From positions 1 to 49,152 of the forward strand of contig QPMI01000229.1 in assembly GCA_004431415.1 (NCBI GenBank): DNA of 49,152 bases, written 5' to 3'. Numbering within the stretch: the first letter of the stretch is position 1; each line of letters opens with the position of its first letter. Both the position numbers and the translations under genes were made by a program. The notes beneath the pieces are model-generated. The model had not been told where the DNA came from and made no database searches. It saw nothing but the letters and a program-made list of their open reading frames with translations. Source of the DNA: Cyanophora paradoxa CCMP329. Lineage: Eukaryota > Plantae > Glaucophyta. Shown here one piece after another: positions 1-12,000 of this stretch.

Positions 1-125
1 ACGTCGGGATCCTCAGGCTCAGCCCACAGCATGTTGCGGGATTGCCGAAGCCTTCGGCGCCCTTGTAGGCGCGGGCTTGGACGAGGAACCGTCTGCACCG
101 CCTGGCTGCCAGACGGGGTGGTCCT

Positions 126-549
126 TTAGGGAGACGCGAGCACGCGTCGGGACCCCCGTTCTGCTTGCCAGGGCGGTAGAACGATCTCAAAGTCGTAGGC
201 CTGCAAGAGCAGGGACCAGCGACCGAGGCGGCCCGTCGTCGGGTCCAGCGTCTTCAGCCACTGGAGGGCGTGGTGGTCGGTCCGCACCAGGAACTGGGGG
301 CCGCCCAGCAGATAGTGGCGCCAATACTTAATGGCCCAGACTACTGCGAGGCACTCCAGCTCCGTAGCGGAGTAGTTCATCTCGGCCGGCAGCAGCGTGC
401 GGCTGATGAACGCGAGCGGCCGCTCGACGCCTTTGTCGTCGGCCTGGCTCAGAATTGCGCCGATGCGTAGGTGCTGGCGTCCGTCTGGAGAATGAAGGGC
501 TTCGAGAAGTCCGGGAACCGCAATATAATATCGCGGCCCAGGAGTTCTT
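126..549 (-). CDS. pol: Pol RNase H domain (Ty3/Gypsy type), frameshifted
   Basis: FPDFSKPFILQTDAS...LSQADDKGVERPLAFISRTLLPAEMNYSATELECLAVVWAIKYWRHYLLGGPQFLVRTDHHALQWLKTLDPTTGRLGRWSLLLQAYDFEI, read across frames. Confidence 0.95.
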
Positions 550-1530
550 TCAGCTCTTAAAGGCGCGGTCGGCGGGGCCGTCCTCTGGCCAACTCCAGAC
601 GGCGTCCTTCAATAGAAGGCGCTGCATGGCGTGCACCACTTTGGAGAAGTTCTCGACAAAGCGGCGGTAGTAGCCGGCGAGGCCGAGGAACGAGCGGAGC
701 TCGTCCGCGTTCTTCGGCGTCTGCCAGTCCGTGATCACCTTGGTCTTCGCAGGGTCCTGGCGGATCCCTTCGGCGGAGATGCGGTGGCCGAGAAGGTCGA
801 TTTCAGGCACGCAGAAGCGGCACTTCGACGGCTTCAGGCGCAGGTTCGCCTTAGAGATCGTCTCGAAGAGCGCCTTCAAGTCTAGAAGGTGCTGATCGAT
901 GGACGGTGAGAAGACCGTGATATCGTCGATGTACGCGACGACGCAGGTGGTCAGCAAGGGGCCCAGGATCGCAGTGATCGCGCGGGAGAATGCCGCGGGC
1001 CCGTTCGTGACCCAAACGGCGTAACCTTCCACTGAAAGTGACCCCAGGGGACCACAAATGCAGTGTAGGCTCGGGAGCCGGGGTGCAGAGGCAGCTGCCA
1101 GAAGCCGGCAGTCGCGTCAGCAGTCGAGAAGACCATCGAGCCGCGGAGGCGCTCGAGCTGGTCGTCTATGCGGGTAGGGGAAACACGTCCCGCTCGGTGA
1201 TCTGATTCAGCCTCCGATAGTCGACACAGAAACGCCAAGTGCCGTCCTTTTTGGGGCCAGCACTACCGGCGAGCCATATGCCGCTTGGGAGGGCTCGATC
1301 AGCCCAAGCTCAAGGAGTTTCTGAATTTCCTTGCGGGCGTGTTCCTCGGCGTGCGGGTTCATACGCCGCGGAGGCGTGAACACCGGAAGGCGAGTCGTGA
1401 GTTTGATCACGTGCTCGTAATAGAGCAGGTTGCTGGTGCCCTCTTTGGCCTCGACCTTTGTCTGCGAAGACATCCTTGTAGCGCCGCAGGAGCGCGTGAA
1501 GTTCGGCTTTCTGCGCCGTCGTGATTGACG
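550..1530 (-). CDS. pol: Pol reverse transcriptase domain, split across several frames by indels
   Basis: [12 protein letters not shown]; [17 protein letters not shown]; [22 protein letters not shown]; [17 protein letters not shown]; [26 protein letters not shown]; [18 protein letters not shown]; [12 protein letters not shown]; KPSKCRF; [15 protein letters not shown]. Confidence 0.97.
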
Positions 1531-2109
1531 GGTGAGAGCCGAGCTCAGGAATCTTCTTCAGCAGCTCTTGCCACTTCCTCTGCATTAGGCACCGGCCGCG
1601 GTGCCTCAGCGGCTTCGCGTCGGGTGCTGCAGTCGTAGGGGGTGGGGCATCGGGCCGGGCCGAAAGCGAGGCTGTGACCACACTCTGGGGTGGGGCCTCG
1701 GCGTCGGCGACCGGTGCGGCCTTGCGGACCGTAACGTCGCCGCGCATGGCGCGGACTGCATCGAGCAAGTCGCGCTCCGCTTTTTCGGAGAGACCGGGGA
1801 AGGTCGAGCGCAGGGTGGCGTCTCTGGGGACGGACACTGCCTCGACTGCGGCGACGAACTCGTCGACCGAGGGGCCTGTGATCGGGGCCGGCGTTGGGGA
1901 CGCGCTTCGTGACGACGTGCTCATAGCATCGTCGTCGAGGCTAATGATGCTCATAGCATCAAGGTCCTGCAACGGCCGGTCGGCTGTGTCGAAGGGCAGC
2001 TCGCCAAACGTGACGACTATATCGTCGACGTCGTAGGGCGGTGCGCGGGGTGGGTCGGCGGGCTCAGCAGGCGCTGCGCTAGACAGAGCGCGCTGCTTTT
2101 CCGCCTCAT

Positions 2110-2570
2110 CTACGACAGAACGTAGGTGGAGATTATTTTCTCAACGTCTTTGGCGGGCTCATATGCCGCGCCAAGCATGCGTGCTTTTCTATTAAAGTGG
2201 CGGAGTCCAGTGCGGCGTTTGGCAGGCACGATTCGCAGCCGGCGAATCAAGAGGTCTGTCAATGCACTCGCACTACAAGGCATTTGCTCAGGTTCGTACT
2301 CAAAATCACCAGGCGGTAGGGCGACCGCCGAAGCGACCGCTACTACCGATCCTAGCGGCAGGGTTACCGGCTGCCGGCCAGGATTGCACAACCGCACGTG
2401 AAACATTTTGTCTCCCGGGTGATTATGCAGCTGGTAAGGGCAGAGTACGCCCAAGGCTTGCGGGGACTCCGGCGACGGCTCGACGTAGAGGTGCGGCAAC
2501 TCACGCGTTGCCGGGCCCTGCCCATTGAGCGTGCATGGGACGAGGGCCTCTCCGACGGGGAGCTTTACTG
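2110..2570 (-). CDS. PR-RT spacer with degenerate dUTPase-like beta fold
   Basis: GPVKLPVGEALVPCTL...LYVEP...FHVRLCNPGRQPVTLPLGSVVAVA resembles the spacer pattern seen between PR and RT in many Gypsy elements. No intact dUTPase catalytic motifs were recognised. Confidence 0.55.
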
Positions 2571-3050
2571 GTCCCAGGACTCGGACCAGGATCCCAAGCT
2601 GGTCCGGAGCCGAAAAGGGACGACGACTTCGCGGTGCAGGTGGTCACGGGCCCGGAGGCACCACCCGGACAGCGTCGTGTCGATCTGGCCGTGGACGGCC
2701 TGGATCGCGTCCAGGCCGAGCAGAATGTCCGGCTCAACGCCCATGGCGCCGCGCGGGACGACGAAGACGCGGCGGCAGAAGCGGAGCGAGCCCAGAACGA
2801 AGACTACGTCGGCGCGGCGACAACGAATTTTGTCCCGGTCCATGAAACCGCGGACTATCGTGTGGCCCTCGACGTAATTGACTTCGTCGGGCGGCAGGCG
2901 GTCGAGGACTTCCTGGGGAACTACAGTTCCCTGGGCGCCCGTGTCGACAACAATGCGAGCGGGCCGTTCAGCGCCGGAGCGGCCGTTCGGCAGGCGCATA
3001 GCAATGCTGCCGTGAATGTGCAGTGTCTTTGGCCGGAAGAATTCCAGGGC
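2565..3050 (-). CDS. Retroviral-type aspartic protease
   Basis: RIVVDTGAQGTVV (DTG catalytic motif) and the downstream DILLGLD motif. Confidence 0.93.
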   Translation of the reverse strand, partial: ALEFFRPKTLHIHGSIAMRLPNGRSGAERPARIVVDTGAQGTVVPQEVLDRLPPDEVNYVEGHTIVRGFMDRDKIRCRRADVVFVLGSLRFCRRVFVVPRGAMGVEPDILLGLDAIQAVHGQIDTTLSGWCLRARDHLHREVVVPFRLRTSLGSWSESWDQ

Positions 3051-6000
3051 CCGGTCGCGCGGGAAGCTAGGTCGGGCGCGGCGGACGTGGAATTCTGGTT
3101 CCGGCGGCGCGGTGGACCCGACAGGTCCGTTGCGCTTGCGGTTGGGATGGGGGCCGGGACTGGCGAGCCGCGGCTCGCTCGGCGACTCGGCGCTGCTCTG
3201 CCTGGTCGGCCAACGGCGAGGGCTTGGTCCGCTTGCGCGGGCCCGGGCCGTGGCGGTTGGCGTAGAGCAACTCGTCGCTGGGCGGTCATAGCCGGCGGCG
3301 TTCCCAGCGGCGTCTCCTCTGCCGGGCGGGCACGGCGAGGGACGGGCGGTTTTTGGAGCCCAGGGCGTGGCCCGCGGGCATGAGAGCTTCCTCGTCGGAG
3401 GTCAGGCCCTCGGGGTAATGATCGCGGCGGCCTCGAGCGCGTTCTGCGGGGCGAACGCCGCTGTCGGCGCTGAACCGAGAACCACGCGCGAGTCGGCCGT
3501 GGCGGGGCCTTGTAGCCCGTTTTGCGCATCGAGATGCCGTAGCGGTCCATGATCGCCTGATGCACCGCGCGTAAGCGGGCTCCAGGGTCTTTGGATCGAC
3601 CTGCAGCATTTGCGCGGGGTTCGACAGCCAGTTGAAGACCAGCACGGTCGAGCGCGGCCCGAGCTTTGTGCAGCAGGCGGCGGGCCCAGGCCGGCGCAGG
3701 CTCGCGGCTCTTTGGGGGCCGGGGCGGGCGGCGCGGCTGGCGCCGGCGGCGCGACTGTTTGAGCGGGCGGCTCGTGGACGACCGTCTGGACGCGGCGGAT
3801 CGAGATGTACTTCTCGTCCGCCGGCACCGGCACAGCGGCCCCGGACCGACGCCGGCGTATGCAAGTGGGCGGGAAGGTCACAGGGCGCGCGGGCCTCGTG
3901 CCCGCGGGGTGACGACGCTTCTGCGGCGGTGTATACCGCGAAGAAGGGCTTTGGGTTGGCTTTTGCCGCGGCCTGCATTGCCACGCGAGCCTCGTGCTGG
4001 CGCTCGCGCTCAAGCAAGGCTCGCCAGTCTTTGGTGGCGATCGAGCGTGGCCCGCAGAGCCTCGGAGATCGGCGGGGCCCGTCTGGGAGGAGCGAGATCA
4101 TCATGCCCGTCTCCCCAGCGGAGAGGCTGATCTGCATATCGATGCCGGCCCGGAGGGCGCGGCAGACGTCTTCCGGGCCGCCGAGCGCCTGCTTTGCCTG
4201 GGCGAAGCTTCGTCTGAGACCTTCTGAGCGCCGCCGGGCTTGGCGCGCGTCTCGGCGTGGCTAGCGGCGGTGCGGATCTGGCGCTCGACTGTTTGAAGCC
4301 AAAGCCCCAATTCCGTGACCCTTGGCCCCGGATCTTCACGTCGCGGCAGCTCGAGCACTCGCGCACAAACTGCAGGAGGCCCCCTGCTGGGACGTCAGCC
4401 TGGGGGTTGAAAGTCGTGGCGGCGGAGGCCGCGGCGCGGCCACTGAGGCGCGCGGCTGCTCCGGCGTCGACTGTCTGCGCGCGGCGGCTCGGCCTGGCTC
4501 GCACGCGATGACCGCTCCTGGGCCTGAGAGATGGAGGCGCGACCCTCCGCAGGCTTGGACGGCGCCGCCGACTGCGGACCGGCCTCGCTCTGCCCCTCAG
4601 GCCCCTCTAGAAAGGGCTGCTGGCGCTCGTTGCGTCCGCGCCGTCGGCGGCTGCCCACCCGATGGTGGCGCGGCGGCGCGGGCCGAGGACGACGCGGACT
4701 GAGCGTCCATCTGGTTCTGGAGCTTGATCAGGACCAGCGCGGTGGCCTGCTCAGCTCGCGCGGACGCCGAGAGCGAGTCTGGCATCTCAGCGTACTGCGC
4801 CTTCCAGACCATGTCGAAGAGCTCGCGCAATGTGGGCGGGCAGCCTCGCAGGCGGGCGTCGTTCTCGTGCCGCTTGTACGCAGCGTCTACGGCGCCGCGC
4901 GGCGGGTCCGGCGGGCGGCGAGAGGACTGGCTGCTGCGAGGGCTGCGGCGGTCTCGCGGCGAGGCGCGGTCGCGCGAGCCCTTCTTCGAGCTTTGCGCCG
5001 CTTATCGTCATGGCGGGGGCTCCGGCTCGGGCTCCGATCGCGCGAGCGCGAGCGGGAGCTAGAGCGGGACGGTGTTCGGCTCCGGCGGCGTTCCCGCGAG
5101 CCTCGGCGAGGGCTCCGCCTGTCGCGAGTGTCGCGAGCCGTGGACCGTCGGCTCGGCGGCTGCGGTCGCGGCGCGGCGGCGAGCGATCACGGCGGTCCGG
5201 GGAGCGGCGGCGGGAGGCCTCGCGTCCCGGCGGTCCGGCGAAGGGCGTCGGGAGCCCTCGCGATCGCGGCGTTCCAACGAACGGCGGGACGGCGGCGGCG
5301 CCCGGGATTGCCGGTGGGGCTCCGGGGAGCGCTCGCGGCGCGTGGAGGGGCCCCGCGTCTCGCGCCTGTCTGGGGTGCGAGAGCGGCGACTGGACGGGGC
5401 TCGGCGCGGCTCGGGTGTGCGCGAGCGGCGCTGAGACGAGGCCCGCTCAGGGGTCCGGCGGGCCTGCGACGCGCGACTGGCCGTGTCGTCCCTGCGGCTC
5501 GAGCTTGCCTCGGCCTGGCGGCTCGAGCTGGGCGGCGGCATCAAGGTCCGGGAGGGAGTCTCAGCCGGCGGGGCTTGGTCTGGCGGAGCGCTCTCGGCGA
5601 TCCGCTCGACCTTCACCTTCCCGTCCGAGACGGTTACGCGCATGGTCTTGGGGTCATACCCCTGCTGCCGCGCGAGGAACGCATCCAGCCCGAACGGGTC
5701 GTTCGGGTCGACAGCGGGTTGTGCGGGTTGCGCCTGGCCACCGCCGCGGTCGCCGCCACGGTCACGGTGGCCTCGGCCGTCGCGACCGCGGTGCCGGCCG
5801 CCCCGCTGTGACCCTGCCCGCGGCCGCCTCGGCCAACGGCCTGGCCCGCGTTGCGCCGGGGCCGCGCCTGCTGCGGCGCCGTCGGCGGCGCGGCGGTCTG
5901 CGCAGCGGCCTGCGCCGGCGCGGGCGCCGACGGGGTGGCGGATGGCGCCGCCTCGGCGGGTCGTCCGCGAGCCCGCCGACGATGGTTGAGGGCGGCTGGA

Positions 6001-9000
6001 ACCGCACGCCCGCCCACGTCGCGCGGACCGCTCCTTCGTAGATCGGCTGGTACGGCGTGCGAACCAGAAGGCTTTCGCCTCCTTATCGACAGCCGCCGTC
6101 GCAGTCAGGCTGCGCCGGGCCGAGGCGCGGCGCCCTTGTTCTGGACCGCGTCCCACATCAGCGCCGGGCGCAGAGCCTCAACGTCCCAGTCGGGGAGCAC
6201 GGGTCGTCCGTCTCCCAGTCGATCGGCGCGCGAGGCGGATCGCGACATTCAGATCGGCGTAGAGCGAACGGAGCATCGTCTCGAACTGAGGCCGCAGGGG
6301 TATAGCCTCATCGGTAAAGATGAGCCCCAGCGGGAAGTTCCCGGGACAGTTCTCCAGCTCCTCGGCGGCGCGGGCGGCCTCAAGGTGGCGCTGTATCCCA
6401 CTCTTGCCCCCGGCGCCAAGGTCATCGCCGGCGGGCCACGCGTCCTCGGCGCCGGCCATCGGGGCGAGCCGAGCTCAAGACGCTGGTACCCGAGACCGTG
6501 CGGCATGTTTGTGAGGTACGCGCGGATGCCGTCCGCCAGCGCGCGGGCATCCGAGTCGGCGCACTCATCCCTCGTCATAGTGCGCAAGAGGGCCCTGAAG
6601 ACCTCGGCCACGTTCTGGGGCATGGCGGCGTTCAGGGCGCACAGTTGTCCACCCGCTGCGCGAGCAGCGGGATGCGGGATACTGGAAGCCCTGCAGCATC
6701 GCGAGCAGGATCCGCCCACAGATCGCCGCACGACCCTCGTGGTCCGGCACGACCGCATTGTTCGGGCCAAACTTCCACGCAAGCGTGGGATGACCGTCCG
6801 GGTACGTCGGCCTCGCGTCCGCGTCGAAGACCTTCTTGCCCTGAGGCAAGACGTCGGACCCGCGTCCGGCTTGGCCGTCGGCTTAGTCAGGAAGGCCTCG
6901 TGAATGAACACCATCAGACCGTCCGGCACCACGCAGCGGAACGAGTTCAACACCTTGTTGAAGTCATCCATGTGATCGGCGACCGCCCGAGCGATCTCGG
7001 GACGTAGTCAGCCGGGCGTTCCGACTCGACGTCCATGGCCGCAGCCGACAGAAAGTCATCAGCCCAGTGCTGGCTGCGGAGGTGCTTGCCCGGCGCGTGA
7101 CGCTGGAAGAAGCGCGCGTGCCAGGCCAGCGTAAAACCGATGGCCGTCGCGAGGATTTCCTCTTCCGCCGGGATCGGCGCCCAAGGGCACGTCCCGGAGG
7201 TGAGTTCGGGAAAGGCGGCAGCTCGTAACCGAACGCGGTGACGAGCCGCGGGTTCGCGTGGCTCTTCTTGGCTGGCTCGCAAGCTGGGCGACCGTCACTG
7301 CGAGCCACAGCTTCTTGTTCTCGCGCTGGTGCGGCGCGCCCCTGCGACGTCCTTGTCGCAGGCAGCGTTCGGCGCGGGCGTGGCCGTGCCTGCCACGAGG
7401 CGGGGCGCGTAGATGCGCCGCGTCTGCAGGCGACCCTCAACGTTCTCGACGCGCTTGTCGGCGAGCGGGCGCAGCAGGGCCAGCACGGCGACGTCGCGCG
7501 CGAAGCGGGTCGCGAACGGCGTCCTGGCGTCCTCCTCGTTCGGGTCGGCGATGTTACCGCCCAAGACTGAGGTGTGCAGGGTGGGGCGCTCGGGGTGCGG
7601 CATGTACGGCGGCGGGGCGTTCCGCGCGCCGCCGCCTTCGTGGAAGAAGGCGGTATACAGCACCCGCGAGACCTGGCCCAGGGTCGAACACACGGGTGCG
7701 TGGGCTGTGCCCTCGTGCGTGAGATCCCAGGCGCCCGTGTACGTCGGGACGGCAGACTGTGCGGTACGGGTCCCGACCGCGAGGTACTGCACGATATCCA
7801 AGCTGACGCCGCAGGCGGCGTGCGGGAATGCAAGCCCCTGCAGGTCGAAGAGCTCCGGATCCTCGTCGAACGGCCGCTGAGGCGGGCCTACGAGCGAGAA
7901 CCAGTTCACTATGCCGCGCGCGGCGGGGCCGACGCGCTTGAGCATAGTTGAGCACAGCTCGCCCATGTGCTGGTCCTGCAGCGTGAGCACGTCGACGTTG
8001 TACTCGTCAACGTCGCCGGCGTGCTGCCAGCGCAAGGGGTAGCTGATCGCGGGCAGCGTTGCCCATTCAGTGAACCCTGGCTCATAGCATTCCAGGGGCC
8101 GGAAAAACGCGTGTTTCCGGTCCATGTACTCGCGCAAGAGCTTGTGATCGTTGGCGTACGTCGGGTCCGCCAACGAGAACAGCGGCCGCGGCTGCCAGTC
8201 CTTGTGCGGCTCGAACGGCCTGTGCGCCGCCGCAGGGATGGCAGCCGGCGCCTCTTCCTTCTCGCCCTCTTCCTCTTCGCTCTCGACATGGTCAATGTCG
8301 AGCGGCTCGAGGCGGGGCTCAGGCTCATCGGCGATGTAGGTGCCCACAAGCGCATCGTCGAACGTGAACGACTGCCGTGCAGCGTGACGCTCGAGGGCAT
8401 GCAAGACCTTCTCCTGGAAGGCCGCGCGCTGGGCGGTCAGGGCCAAGCCCCTGTGCGGGTCGCTCTCGGCGGCTTCCTCCTGCGCGCGCGTCCCTAGCTG
8501 CAGGTGGCGGCGCAGCCAGCGAACCCCGTACGGGAACTCCAGGCCGGCGCGTTCCGCGGAGGGAACGGTGGTCCCAACCGCCTCGGCGCGGAACATGGTG
8601 TGAGCACGCAAGAGGTACTGGGCCCACTGCGGCGGGATGACGGCCGCGCTCGGGTTGAAGCGGCCCCCGTGCGTCCACCGCGGCAGGCGCGTGGCAGGGA
8701 TCGTCCAACGCAGAGTCAGGAAGTGCTCCAACTGCTGCTCCGTCCACTCATGCAGGTGGAACGGGAGATCGTGGGAGTGGGGCGTGACGGGGCCACGGAG
8801 CCCCAGCGCGATCATGAAGAGCTCGAACGCGGCCGCGTTGAGCCGCGCGAGGCGAACGGTGCGATCGGCTCTGAGCGCGACGCGGCCCTCCGGCGGCTCC
8901 TCGTGCGGCACGGGCGGCCCATCCAGGCGGTTCTGGATTGGCGTGCTCCTCTCGCTGGCGAGAAACGCCTTGAGGTGCGGGACCCGCAGGTCCTCGAACG

Positions 9001-12000
9001 TGCCCTTCAGTGCGTCGAAGGGGATGCTCCAGCGGTGGGCGAGATCAGACCGGGCCGTCATGGGCCACTCGGTGATCTGTTTCCCCTCACAGAGCCGAGG
9101 CGGGCACCCCGGCACTGCGAGGACGCCGCTCATCACGCCCATAGCCTCGTACAGGGCCCGCTGGCTCAGGTTCTCATCGATAGCCGACGGCGGCGGCGGC
9201 GGCGGCGCTTCTCGGGCGCCTCATCGCCGTCGCCCCGCTCGCCCATCTCGGCGTCTTCCCCCTCAGCCTGCCCACGGCGGGCGCTGCGGGTTCGTGGCCC
9301 CTGCGAGCCGCGCCCACGGGTGCTGACGCGCACGACCCCGTCCCCGCGGCCACGCTCGCCGCGACGGGCGGCCTGCGGGGAGCCGGCGCGGTCGCGCGCG
9401 CGACGTCGAGTAGCGGCTCGCTCAGGCGAGGCTCGACAGGCGCGGGCTCAGTGGCGGGCGGCGTCGGAGCGGCGGTGGGCCGCGGCGCCATCGGGCTCGC
9501 AAGCGGCGGCCATGTTGCCGCGGCGTGCAAGGTCACGAGCTTCGCCGTCGGTGCAGGCGGCGGGACAGGAACGGGCGCCGGCCGCGCCGGCGCTGGCGGG
9601 TCCCTCGGCGAGAGCGCCTTCACAGGCGGGCGCGGCGGCAGGCAGGCCTTAGCCTCCTTGATCGTCGCGCTGACGGCCTTCGCCGTGTAGGCGCCCGTCG
9701 TGTCCGACGCCGGCTTCGGCGTGGTGGGCAGGTCGTGGAGAGGAGTGGGGGTGCGGCTGCCCGCATCCGTGCGCCACTTCTCCACGAGCGCGATCATGTC
9801 CTTGACAGCCTCGTCATTGAAACCGGCCCGCTTCTTCAGCAGCCTACGGAATAGAATGACGAGGTGGGCCCGGTCGCCCGCCTTGGCCCCTCGATGTACC
9901 GGAGCAGCTCCGCGGCCCCGGCGGATCCGGGAACCGTGCGGGCCCAGGCTGCATCGCACAGGGCGGTGAGCGGCGGCGCGGGCCGAGCTGGCTCAGCACG
10001 TAGAGCTCCTCAGGCACGATCGTGGGCAGCTGCCCGCCTCGCGTCGTGCCGTGCAGGGCAACTGCGTGGTGCGCGTGATCGGGCGCACGCGGCCGACCCT
10101 CCACGTGCCAGGCTCTGCCCGTGCAGGCGCGGCCAGTGCAGCCAGGTGTCGCACAAGTGCAGGTCCCGGAGGTGCAGAACGCGGGCGGCGGCGACGCGGG
10201 GCTCCACCGGAACGCGTTCAACCGTGCGGGACTCGCCCTCGCTCACGACCGGGAAGGCGGGGGCACGGCCGTCGCGGTACGCAGTCAGACGCTCCGCGAG
10301 CGCTGCCCGCAGCCATCCTCGGCGTCCCGATCCGAGCGGAGACGTGCCCGCCCCGGGATCGGAACCTCAACGGAGGCAGCCAGGACGGCAAGCGAGTGAA
10401 CGGCTTCCGTGAACTCCGAGTCCGAGGGACAAGAGGGTTCCCGTCGGCCAGGGCAACGGCGCTCTTGTGGGCGTCGTGGGGACCGGCGCGGCCGCCGATG
10501 CAAGCCACGGTCTTCCACTGGATCGCGTGCTCGAGGGCCAGCAGGGCGAAGCCATAGGCGTCGACCCGCGCGTCCACCATGAGCGGCTCGGCGAACTTAA
10601 AGAAGCGGCCGAGGATCTTCTCGACGGCGCCGGCGGTGCCCGGGCACCGTAGTCGACGCGGTGCAGGAAATAGCCCGCAACAGTCGAGGCGCACGCAAGG
10701 CGGAGGCGGTCCTGTGCCGGCAACAGCTCGCTCAGCTCGATTAGCTGGCGGCGGCCCGACACTGTCATCTCGTGCGGCTCGAGAGAGGCCGCCACGGGCG
10801 AGTGCTGGCCAATGCTCCAGTGGCGGCGGTATGGCTCCAGCCAGCCGGCGGTAGCGACGCACTCGTCCCCAAGCTTCGTAAGCTTGTGGGCGTCGGGCTC
10901 GACTGCGGGGCGACCCTCGGGCGTGAGGCCCTCGGCGTGCGGCCACGCGTGGCCCCCGGCCCACTTCGCGGCGACGCGAGAGGCCTGGTGCGTGAGGCTC
11001 ATGATTTCATAATAGTGCGTCGGCCAGGCGTGAGCCAGCGTGTCCTGGGACAGCGGGTCATGCCCCAGCATCTGCAGGAACGCAGTGGGGAGGGTCCGCG
11101 AGCCGAGGTACGTGCTCTCGGTGGCGAGCGGCTGAGAGAACGCCGCAAGCAAGAAGGAGAGCGTCTGGCGGGTGCGGGCCGGGCAGCGGAACGCAGTGGC
11201 ATACCACTGCTCGTCCCGGACCTCGATCAGCCCCTCGCTCACAGTGCAGCCGCAGTGAGTCTCGCACGGCGCTGGGTACAGGAACGCCGCGCGGTCGAGC
11301 GGGACCGACGCGGCGCCCTTCAGCTTGTGCGCGTCCACGTTCCAGAGAGGAACGGGCCCCAGCTCGTGCTCGCGGCCCTTCACCGGCTCTAACTCAACGG
11401 CTCCGAAGTGAGTGAGGTCTAGGCCGGGGCTAGCGCTGAGGAGGCGAGCGCGGTTGAGGCGCAGGGTCTCCTTAGACGCTACGGTCGCGTCCTCGTCGGC
11501 GAGGGAGGCGCCGTCGTCGGTCACCTCGAGGCTCGCTACCGTCTCGGCCCCCGAGGAGTACCCCAGGCAGCAGCCCACGCCGGCGGCGGGTCCGCCGGAG
11601 CCTCGGCGGCGGCGGTCTCGGGGACCGACTTGGTGGGAGCGAGCTCCGTCGCGGGCTCGGGACCCTTCGCTTCTGCGTCAGCGCCCTCGACCTCCGTTGG
11701 GTCCGGGGCGGCCGCCAAGAGGAGTGCGACCTCCTCAAGGGCGGCGTCCACGATGCCGGCGGCGAGCTCGGCGGGGAAAGAAGTCGGCACGGGCGTCGGC
11801 GCGGGACCCTTCGCTGCTGCGTCAGCGCCCTCGACCTCCGTTGGGTCCGGGGCGGCCGCCAAGAGGAGTGCGATTTCCTCGAGGGCGGCGTCCACTGCGT
11901 CGAACGCGACCTTCTTCTCCCCTCGTCCAGGCCCGACTCCGGCGGGTCGGCAACAGGTCCTGCGCCTCGCAGGGGGCCGGCCTCTCGGCTCCCGTGGGGC

